Assembly (NCBI GenBank): GCA_000091205.1
Contig: AP006501.2
DNA: 64,000 nt
Origin: Cyanidioschyzon merolae
Lineage: Eukaryota
Direction: 5' to 3' (one strand)
The notes under the pieces are model-generated. The model had not been told where the DNA came from. It saw only the letters and a program-made list of their open reading frames with translations, and did not search any database. Each line of letters begins with the position of its first letter. Position 1 is the stretch's first letter. Positions 45,360-54,506 of this stretch are shown here, piece after piece. The position numbers and the translations under genes are program-made.

Positions 45360-46529
45360 CTACCACCATCGCTGCTGGTCATACACAGCCAGTTGCTCCT
45401 GTGGGCGAACTGGATTTATATCGCACCACGGGATCGCAAACTGACCCAGGCTCGACGGTGACAGCTCCGGTGCCTCGCGGGCGATGAGCTCCAAAATGGC
45501 ATCGTAAACGAAGCGCTGACCTCGATCACTCAGGTGAAGTCCATCGATGAAGAGGCCGGAACGTTCCGCTGGAGGCAGCTGCTCGATTTGCGTAAAGAGA
45601 TCTAGGAGCAAGACTCGATCTCGGGGTCGAATCTGCGCAGCAACACGGCGACAAGCAGCCGCGTACTGTCTAGTTCGTGCACACATACGATCAGACTCAG
45701 TTCGTTGACCTGAGTCCGATGGCTGGTGGGCGTCGGGCGCAGCGCGCTCCGCTGCGAGACTGCTTTGGATATGGCGCCGCCGAGCTTCCTCGTCTACCCA
45801 CGGTGGCGTCATCAGCAGAACACGAGGGTATCGAACAGACTCTATCTCATTCGCCTCCGATGCATCAGGTGCCGGTGCCGCTGCGAGCGACGGTGGCGTT
45901 CGACCGTGCTGCTGCCGCTGTGGACGCCTCTCGCTGGTCAGGGTCAGGGATGCGTCGTGCGAGCGCTCCAGTATGAGCCGAAGCATCTCGTAAACATTGC
46001 TTGCGTATTCATCCAGTGGAACGTACTGTGCAGTACCGGGTGCTGCGGCATCATTCGCTCCAAACCAGATCCCAACGAGCAGCAGACGCTCCTGTGCCAC
46101 ATCCGACAGGTGATGCCGGACCACTGGCAGCGCCCACCGCGTGTTATAACCCGACAGACCACGAAAGATGCAGTCCGCCGCACCGTTATATGCGTGAACG
46201 AGTCGCAGACCCCAGCCAACGGAGGTGTATCCAGCGTATTCGTTGATATCGAGGCCGCGACGTGTCAGCGAGTCACCCAGAAATAGCAGCACTGGAGTGG
46301 CAGCGGCCATCCGGCGCGCAAAGAGAGCCCGAAACTGCTCGGTAATACCGCCGTGAGCCCTGGACACGACGCCGCCCAGTGCGTTGAAGGTTCGTTGCCA
46401 GCGTAGCTGCCATGGTAAGCGCTGCTGCGAAGCTAGGGCGCTGACCGGTCGCTCCTCCGACTGGTTGAAGGTTGCCGCGTCGCGCGCTTGCGCGGGGTCT
46501 TCGACGCCCGCAGGCTGCTCGGATGCCAT
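45360..46529 (-). CDS. SGNH/GDSL-family hydrolase (IAH1-like esterase) with low-complexity inserts
   Basis: GDSLT block (LLFLGDSLTRRG), GxND block (WFGANDAA) and catalytic DxxH (IDGLHLSDRG). Confidence 0.6.
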   Translation of the reverse strand: MASEQPAGVEDPAQARDAATFNQSEERPVSALASQQRLPWQLRWQRTFNALGGVVSRAHGGITEQFRALFARRMAAATPVLLFLGDSLTRRGLDINEYAGYTSVGWGLRLVHAYNGAADCIFRGLSGYNTRWALPVVRHHLSDVAQERLLLVGIWFGANDAAAPGTAQYVPLDEYASNVYEMLRLILERSHDASLTLTSERRPQRQQHGRTPPSLAAAPAPDASEANEIESVRYPRVLLMTPPWVDEEARRRHIQSSLAAERAAPDAHQPSDSGQRTESDRMCARTRQYAAACRRVAAQIRPRDRVLLLDLFTQIEQLPPAERSGLFIDGLHLSDRGQRFVYDAILELIAREAPELSPSSLGQFAIPWCDINPVRPQEQLAVYDQQRWW

Positions 46530-46742
46530 TAGCCCAGCTCAGTGCACTCAGTGACAAGCGTAGAATCCATAAACCGCACCAGCATAGCAGCACTCGAGTC
46601 GCTGAGCGGACAGTCGGACCTAAGGACGTTACGCTTGCAAGGCGTATGCGCTCGCACTCGACTGCAGTTGGTGCTGGCGCTGCGGCATGCCAAGCGGCAT
46701 GCGCTGCGTACCTTGCTCGAGCGCACTACGTTGAAGCAGCGC

Positions 46743-47204
46743 ATGGACGAGACTGCTTCATACGAAGTACGTGAACTATGCGAAACAGATCTTGAGCACG
46801 GGTTTCCAGAGTTGCTTGCCCAGCTTACACAGACGGGTACGCTGCCGTTGTCCTTTTGGCGCGAACGCTACCGCCTTCGCCAGCAGCTGCCGGGCACGTA
46901 CGTGACGCTGGTGGCCGTCGAAAGTGCCACAAAGCGCGTAACAGCGACAGCAACGCTGCTTATCGAGTACAAATTCACGCGAAGCTGCGGGCAAGCCGGT
47001 CACATTGAGGACGTTGTGGTTGACGCAGCGTATCGGCGGCGGAACCTGGGCTCACGCCTCGTTCGAGAGCTGTGTGCACGAGCGCGGGACCAGTTCAAGT
47101 GCTACAAGGTTACCCTGGACTGCGTCGAAGAAAACGAGGCCTTTTATGCGAAACTCGGTCTGGAGCGGAAAGGTGTCCAGATGGTGCGCTACTTCCGTAT
47201 TTGA
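46743..47204 (+). CDS. GNA1: Glucosamine-6-phosphate N-acetyltransferase (GNAT family, GNA1-like)
   Basis: GHIEDVVVDAAYRRRNLGSRLVREL...CYKVTLDCVEENEAFYAKLGLERKGVQM. The ORF is open from 46542; MDETASYEV at 46743 gives a typical ~153-aa protein. Confidence 0.7.
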   Translation: MDETASYEVRELCETDLEHGFPELLAQLTQTGTLPLSFWRERYRLRQQLPGTYVTLVAVESATKRVTATATLLIEYKFTRSCGQAGHIEDVVVDAAYRRRNLGSRLVRELCARARDQFKCYKVTLDCVEENEAFYAKLGLERKGVQMVRYFRI

Positions 47205-47894
47205 GGCCCTGCACTGACCCAGCATCCGGACGCAAATAACCAGTGCCGAGAGGTGTACTCGTCGTTGCTGCGACTCCTGAACTTTTCCAGACGATCTAGC
47301 ATATCGCGGATGACACTGAATGCAGGCGAGAAGCTTCCCGTGATCAAGTCTAGAATTCGCAAAACCTTTTCATTGCAAGCAGCAACATGTCATAATGTTG
47401 CACGAGTATAACCATCGGTTTTCGTATTGCAGCGCACGAGGGACGACGACCCGTCCGCCCAGGAGGCTTGCGGGCACGCTGCTGCGATCGCTGGCTCGCT
47501 CCTGGTGCTCAACGCGAGCGCCCCGGATTCTCCATATGTGTGGGATCACGAGCGTACCCAGTCGCTCGTTTCCTGGATGAAACGTGTGTGCACGAAGCCG
47601 CGCTCTCTGTGGTCGAATTCGCTACCTTAACCGTTGGCAGCGAAACCACCAGCTCGATACGTGTACTGAACTCACCGGTGTCGTGATGAAAACGCATTTT
47701 ACGAGTTTTCGAGGGTTTGTGCAAGCTCGCACACCCTCGACAGCAAATGCTCGTTACCGATCATGCTTCGGATCACAACATGGATACGTTCAGCGTGCTT
47801 CTACGCTAGATGCCGCCTTTCTTCATCTGGATCGCCGCTTACACATGCGGGATATTCGGCCAAGGACGCCCGCATCGCGAACCCTGATCGCTCC

Positions 47895-48220
47895 AACTTG
47901 GTATCATGTATGTTCAATAGAGCGAAAACGTTTCGCAACCATGTAGGTTCAATGAATACCCAGGCGCAGACGCCTCCCAGCCTGTTTTGACCAGCGGCCT
48001 GCTATCGGTTTTGATTTACCCAGGTGCACCTGTAGTCTGGGAGGCTGCCCACAAAGTTGGATCGCGTCAGTTCTGCGGATCTGGCCTTCAGCACCGCACA
48101 TCGTCTGATATTGATGGTGGCGTTGAGGTCTCGGTTCTTGATCTCCTTGCGTGCAGTGCCACTGGTTGAACGCACGATTGCAAGAAGTTTTAGAACTCGT
48201 GCTCGCTGTGCCACTAGAGG
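47895..48220 (-). mobile_element. Truncated Fanzor-like 3'-end fragment (copy 7)
   Basis: ORF 48002..48214(-) reads ..LLAIVRSTSGTARKEIKNRDLNATINIRRCAVL..NFVG. Frameshifted continuation ..AGRWSKQAGRRLRLGIH (compare VVGGRSKKAGRRLRVSW). The 3' tail is deleted and degraded. Confidence 0.55.
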
Positions 48221-48726
48221 CTCGCCTATCCAACACCTCTTCTTCTGCTTCTTCGTCGTCGTCGCTTGTGCTTCTTCTTCGCTCGATCGTCAGCAAGAAG
48301 AGGATTTTTCGGCAGCGGACGATAACGGCCCTTCAGGATCCCCGACTTTCACGCCCATAACTTTCCCTTGCACTCCTTATTTCTTCAAATGAACACACCT
48401 TGAATGCATCAGCGCTAACCAGCGAGACAGCCTTTGATGAAACGCATCTAGGGATTGGAAAACAATTCAGGAGCATGTCAAGGACACGACGATGCGGGAA
48501 TCGCGCAGGCATCGATCGGGCGACGCAGGCGGGTGCACACGCTCCAGTTCACACTGAAACGTAGGAGCAGGCGGTTGAAAGGCCCTCGCGTGGGCAACAA
48601 CGTGCTCTGCGTTGCTTCGGTGGCGTTCATAGCAAGCTGTTCAGGTACGGGGTTTGTGAGGTCTGGCTTGGCCCAGGTGTGAGCAAGCTCTGCTCATAAA
48701 CGTTATCTGTAGTCGGTACGAAGACG

Positions 48727-49122
48727 ATGTTCTTGAACGCAGGCTGTGTGCCACGTCGTAGTGGGCCTGGGTCTCAGGCACGCCCCGTACGAGGTCTCGG
48801 ACGTGAACGCAAGCTGCGCTGGAGCGCCCGGTTCGCGAGGCGACGAGTGGCGTTTCTTGACATGCTGGTACTTCCCAGTGATATGCTGAGTGAACTGGGA
48901 CCACAGCCAGTGAGCCCAGTCATTTGGGTTGCCTCTTTGTTGAGCACGGTCCCGTTCTTCGTCGGACTGGTAGTGTTTCTGAAGGCGATAGCGCGACAGC
49001 GATCCTGTGCGACGTGCAAGGGCTCGGGTTTGGTCGCCACCGACTCAGCGAAGCTAGAACGCTGCCCACGGTGCGGCGGTTTTCTTCCATGGCAGCACTG
49101 GTGGCGATTTTTCACAGGATGA
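48727..49122 (+). CDS. Possible small TM + zinc-ribbon protein (two CxxC motifs)
   Basis: VIWVASLLSTVPFFVGLVVFL then CATCKGSG...CPRCGG. The probable start is MLVLPSDM at 48862. Confidence 0.25.
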   Translation: MFLNAGCVPRRSGPGSQARPVRGLGRERKLRWSARFARRRVAFLDMLVLPSDMLSELGPQPVSPVIWVASLLSTVPFFVGLVVFLKAIARQRSCATCKGSGLVATDSAKLERCPRCGGFLPWQHWWRFFTG

Positions 49123-50482
49123 CTTGTCGCTCTGTAGACCAGGACTCAGAAAAGGATCAAGGCCCCTGGGCGTTTAGATATGCGTCTGCCCAGCATCCAA
49201 GAACAGACTTGATCGGTGAGCAACAAATGCTCGGCGATACTGCGGAGATATTCTGTGCTCCTGTCGCTTGGTGCGCACCGCTCTAGGCCGCCTGAGCGTT
49301 GCAGCGTCCAGATTGTCTGGGGCGCGCGTCAGGCACTGCTGGAAGACCCGTACCAATGCCCTGCGAGCTGGTAGGCTGACACCATCCCTGCTACAAGAAT
49401 GATGATATCAAGCATGATGCGTACCCAGCGTTTCTCTCGCTCAGACGCTAGCATGAAATATGGCTGAAACGTAGAACAAGCATGCGAATATCTCCGCGAG
49501 ATTTGCGTAAAGGAAAACGCTATGCGCTCTGACGAACCAGAATGGCACTCGAGCTGAGCATTCCCTGACGCCGTGACGGACGGTGCTCGGTGGACCAGTT
49601 CGGTACGCGATCAATGGGCAGGCAAGTCACCCATCTGGTGGTGATGTCCTTGCGTTGCGGGGTGGTCGCAGCTGCCCAAAGTGCAAAATCCACTCTGACC
49701 TGGTTTGGACTTGCTCGGAAAGGCGCTCCCACAGAGCACATGCTGTTTTGTTCTCGAGTTGCAGCAAACACCGGCGTGCTCCTGTAATTTGAGGGCAAAC
49801 GCTCCGTTGTCAGCAGTTGCCGCGCTAGCGTCACGCGGTTGCGAACGAAGGCTGGTTTCCAGTCAGGCCGATCCCGAGGCTGCCTCGCAAACTTGGTACC
49901 ACGACGAGTACGCACGATCTGAACATTCAGGCGCATTCTGGATTTCGAACCTGTCCAAGTCGGTGGTGCAGAGCAGACTACACGGACGCGCACCCACAAT
50001 GAGGCCGGCTGCCGGGAGCTCAGTCTCTCTGCTTCCGCAAATGCAGCCGCGCTGCCCTCGCCTCCCGGAGCGCCTCGCTGCCCTGTGGAACAGAGCCATG
50101 TACGCACCGGCGACGTTTCTTACGCCAAAACTTTCCGAATTGTTGACGACTATGCACAAAGTGCGCCACTGCACCCGCCACGCGGCGGCGACACGGGCAC
50201 GTCAGCCACAAAGAACCCGTAGCGTGCTTCGCCTGGATGCCTGCCGCCGGTACCTGGATATCAAGGCCTCGTCGATACCGCGCCAAGCGTTAGCGGTGCG
50301 CTTAGCACGCATCGATTCGTTCAATGGATACAGATCCAGATCCGTAATACAGTACCCAGCATGGTACATATCCTAGCGCTGGAGGAGGCGCTCACGTCTC
50401 AAGTTGTCGCGCGCCCGCTCATCATATTCAGGCAAAGCGGCCTGTAACGGCGCTGTGATCGCAAAATGCGCATACAGGAATC

Positions 50483-50812
50483 GCTACCCTCGAGCCGACG
50501 CCCTTTGTGCGGTACAGCAACGCAGCGCTAGCTCTATGAACTATCTGCTCCAGCGGTTCAGGCGCAAAGGCGGATACGGAACAGCAGGCACTAGGCACAC
50601 ACGAGAGGACGTGAGAAACGACCAGAATATCTGAGAAGAAGTATAGGTAATGTAACTCGGAGGTAGGGAATTCGGTGGATACTTCACCGCGCACTGAAAA
50701 AAAAACAGAAAAAGAAAAGAAAGGAAAAAGCGCGTAATCAGAGAACGCTGGCCTAAGTAAACGTTCTGTCAATGAAGAAAAATCGAAATCGCTGCTTGCC
50801 GGTGGGCGCTCA
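50483..50812 (+). repeat. Solo left-end fragment (~330 bp) of the Fanzor-like element family (repeat B)
   Basis: Pairs with 43428-43745. Begins CCTCGAGCCGACGCCCT. Truncated at the same internal point as repeat A. Confidence 0.75.
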
Positions 50813-51041
50813 GGCAGCGCTTCGTGGTACGCGCTGCAATCACAGCGGCGGCGTTACAGGCACGCGGCGCGCATGCAGCGCACGTCACGCTCGGGACAGC
50901 GGTTACGGTTGCGGGAATTTGAACCCGGCGCATGGATCGCGTTGTTGTTGAGCCTGCAGCCGTTGCAGCTGCGGGCGAGCGTGCGTATCGTTGCGCGTTG
51001 TATTTGCTCTCCGGCTCTTTCAAGCAGTCTCAACAGATAAC

Positions 51042-52004
51042 ATGTCTCTGCAGACACCTCCGCACTATCGTCGTCCTCAGGGAATGCGCTCACCACTTGC
51101 GTACGAAAAGGAGAATGTGCGCTTGACGCCGAACAATCTCACGCGAATGAACGAGTCTTTCGCTACGCCGTTCAAGGAGCTTGCAAACTCCCCGATGCGG
51201 CTGGAGGACAAAGCCTTGCTCGTCAAAAGGATACAGGAGGAAGCCTATAAAGCGAAGCAGCTCAAGCTCCTGAACGCTACGCTCATTTCTCGTCTGAGGG
51301 AAACCACTCTCGAGCTGGAAGGAAACAGGGAGAGGCTGCATCAAGCGGAGCAGCGCGTGACGCACCTGGACCAGCAGGTCAAGACACTGGAAGCGCAGCT
51401 CCACGACAAAGACGTGGATCTCGTCTCCGTTAGCAAACAGCTTGCACTTCAGGAGCAAGCAAATCGCGAGCTCCAGGCCTACATGCGGGAGCTGGAAGAG
51501 CTCAGGCTCGAGGTCGTTGCCTTGCGTGAGTCAAAGCAGCAGGTGCTGGTGGATATGGAAGGACTGCGTTTCGAGAAGGATCACGAAATGGAGCTACTTC
51601 AGAATGACATGGAAAAGCGCCAACAAGCTCGAGAGAGGGAGCTCGCCGAGTTACTGGAGACGGTCGCAACATTGCGGCGCGAGCAGGCACAGCTTCGGAG
51701 CACGCTTGAAACCATTGAATGCAAGAAAAATGAAGTTGCTCTTACTCTTGACCGCATGTTTGGCGAAGTCCGAGTCTACCGGGAGGCGTGTCAGCTGCGC
51801 GATCAAGAAAATCAACAGCTACGCAACAGGAACCTGGAGCTGGAAGGCGAGCGCACCCAGTTACTCTTGGAAATAGAGAGGCTTGGCAAGCAGATTGAGG
51901 CCCTGCGTATGGATCTGGAAACGACGCGTCTCAAGAGCACGTTGTATTACAAAGTTCGCAGTCTGTTGGGTAATCTATTCACTTACTTTACACGCAGTAA
52001 CTAG
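51042..52004 (+). CDS. Coiled-coil protein (heptad-rich, Leu/Glu/Arg/Gln)
   Basis: LEGNRERLHQAEQRVTHLDQQVKTLEAQLHDKDVDL...ELEELRLEVVALRESKQQ...RNLELEGERTQLLLEIERLGKQIEALRMDLETTRL. The ORF is open from 50991. Confidence 0.55.
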   Translation: MSLQTPPHYRRPQGMRSPLAYEKENVRLTPNNLTRMNESFATPFKELANSPMRLEDKALLVKRIQEEAYKAKQLKLLNATLISRLRETTLELEGNRERLHQAEQRVTHLDQQVKTLEAQLHDKDVDLVSVSKQLALQEQANRELQAYMRELEELRLEVVALRESKQQVLVDMEGLRFEKDHEMELLQNDMEKRQQARERELAELLETVATLRREQAQLRSTLETIECKKNEVALTLDRMFGEVRVYREACQLRDQENQQLRNRNLELEGERTQLLLEIERLGKQIEALRMDLETTRLKSTLYYKVRSLLGNLFTYFTRSN

Positions 52005-54506
52005 ACTCATTGAGAAAGATACGTAAACGGCGCGTGCGCTCCACGCCAGACCGAGGCGTAGCAGCGAATCATCCGTACATGGCCCCCGATGGGACACGCT
52101 ATTTGTGGCAGCGGTCCGCGAGAAGAAAGCGATACCGTCGCGCTCGTACTTGCTGCTTTTATGCGTATATGAGTGGATGACGCAACCCAGGCGATCGAAA
52201 CGTCTACAGCCCGGGCGCGAAAAATGAAGCAGACTGAGGGTAACGGCCGTTTGCGGATCAATCGCAAATGCACCCTGGAGGCGCACCCTGCTGACGTCGT
52301 ACGATCACGTTGCCGGTCCAGAAAAGTGGGAATTCACGCGAGGCATTCCTGATGTGTCGACAGAGGCAAATGACAGGCTGGTGGCGGTGGAGGAGCTCGA
52401 AACGCTTCCGACTTTGGACGGGACATCGTCGCCAGCGCACGAGTCGCGTAGCTGCGTCCGAGTTCATCGTTTGGCGCTCGGCCTCGGGCTGACGGATATC
52501 GTATCGTAAGGCTGGTTTACGCATCATGTCTGTCTTCGTTGCATCTTGCGCTCCTACGTGTTCCTCAACGGACCCGTATAGAGCAAAGCAGACGACGCCC
52601 TGTCCGAATACTAACGCCTCGCCGCCACATGCGTTTCTTCTACGCGTCTCCCATATGTCACATCAAGGGTAATGATGGCATCGTAGACACGTTTGACCTG
52701 CATGGAGTCACCAGGGATCGACGGCCGGCCTCTCCGAGCAAGAAACAAGCATTCGACCGGCGTCGCGAAGCGCATGGACGGTGCTTATCCCAGGTCTCTC
52801 GTTCACAGATACAATGCGGAGCGAATGAAAATCCATATACAGGCATTTCGTGAAATCTCGACCCGAGTCGAGCAACGAGACTCATTCTCAGCCGCTCACC
52901 GTAGATGAAGAGATGGACCTGGAGATGCCGGGCTGAAGAACCTCATTGCCGTCGATGCAACGCTGCGTCAAGGAGACACAGCTAGAGACCTGAACGGAAA
53001 ACAGATGAAACGAGGCAACGTTACCGGGGCTCGTCATAATCCGTAGTCGGGCATGGCAGATGCCGGGACGCATACCAACAAATGGGATGAGGTCGTCGAG
53101 ACCGGTCTCGACACTCTCGACATCGTACTGAATAGTGGCACATGGCTTGTGCGCTTCATGTAGAGAGACTATCAATGTGTAAATCGCTCATGCGGACGAG
53201 GTTTTTGGCAGGACAACACGAGACCGCGCCAGAACACCAGCGATTTCAGTTGTTCAAGGGCGAGAAGCTCGCATTCGCCTACTTGTTCAATGCCTTGGAA
53301 AAGCAAGTAACTGACAAGTCGCGTTGTTAGGTAGTGACCCACGGCGCCGAGCACGCTGTAGCGCGCAAGGGCTGCTTTCGCGCTACCTCGTCCATAGCCT
53401 GCAACGAGCACGGGGATCGATTCGAAACGATTCCCATGGATGCGTCCAGGACGGCATCCATGAATCATGAGCAGGAGCGCACGCTGCAACAAATAGAGAA
53501 GAAGAGCGCCAAACAGAGACGGTTGCAAGAGGTGATGTAGAATACGCGGACCGGACCTCAAATGGCGAGACAATCGTAAGCGAGAGGCTTGCTATGGAAT
53601 GACTCCAGAGCTGGCAAGCATGCGCGCAAACGTGCTTCGCACTCAGCCTTGAACGCGTCAATGAACATCCAAAAACATGTCGTGCTTGCAGAGCGCCCAG
53701 CGGCTCTGTGTCGAGGCAAGTCTCTGACGGAATCGTTCAGTACCCAGTTTGGGCATCGTGCAGAAACGTTGCGATCTGGCGATGAGCGAAAATCACTGGT
53801 CACGAGAGACGGGATTGGATCCTCGCCTGGAGCAAGGCATTGGCATGGTCGGGTTCCGCTCTGTCACGAACCGCTGGAGCACCGTCTTCACACAACGGGA
53901 ACGATTTTGCGGGGTTACCGGTCGACGAAAATTCGTGCCCCATGGTTATCGATAACCGATTCCAGCACACTTGTTCTTCACGCCGTATCAGAAAAGAGGC
54001 GCGTCTCATATGCAATGCTCGTCATATCGACGCATTCCACGACGGGGTCCAGGGCCTGGGCGGGTCCCCGCTGAGCCTCGGCGACGACGACGTCGCGCGC
54101 ACTGTGCGCAACGGCACGAAGGCGGTTGTGCGGCACGCCTCAGAAATACAGCGCGTACGGCACTTTTGCCGTTTCGCATACATATCCACGCATCAGAGAC
54201 GCGGTCCTTACCGAGTACCTGGGCAGACTCGCGTCCTGCACACGACGCCAGCACAGAGTCACGTCGACGGATCGCAGCCGATGAGAGCAGTTGCAGAGGA
54301 TGCCTCCGAGGACCCGTGAGCGATTCCTCCACAGCAGCCGCCACAGCAGCCGCCACCACGGCCACTTCCATGTACGATGGTTCCGCGAACGATACCGGGA
54401 ACTGGCCCCCATCGGGCCGTGTTACGCGTCAAATACAACGCGGAGATTCTCTCGACAGCGTCTACCGACAGCAGAAGAAGCAACGCGCATCCGCGTTTCA
54501 TCGACG

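Noticed and set aside
49520-50376. Overlapping ORFs 49520..50107(-) and 49705..50376(+)
   Set aside because: They are mutually exclusive, have no motifs, and sit in a GC-rich region where long spurious ORFs are expected. Left unannotated.
43428-50812. Direct ~320-bp repeats 7 kb apart, as a possible LTR pair of a retroelement
   Set aside because: The interior holds ordinary host genes on both strands (Dim1-like, SGNH hydrolase, GNA1) and no RT, integrase or gag. The same unit also occurs at the left end of the Fanzor-like elements. It is a dispersed element-end fragment, not an LTR pair.
50900-50950. tRNA T-arm-like sequence GGGTTCAAATTCCCG on the minus strand
   Set aside because: No convincing acceptor stem, D-arm or anticodon arm could be built around it. 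It is an isolated motif.
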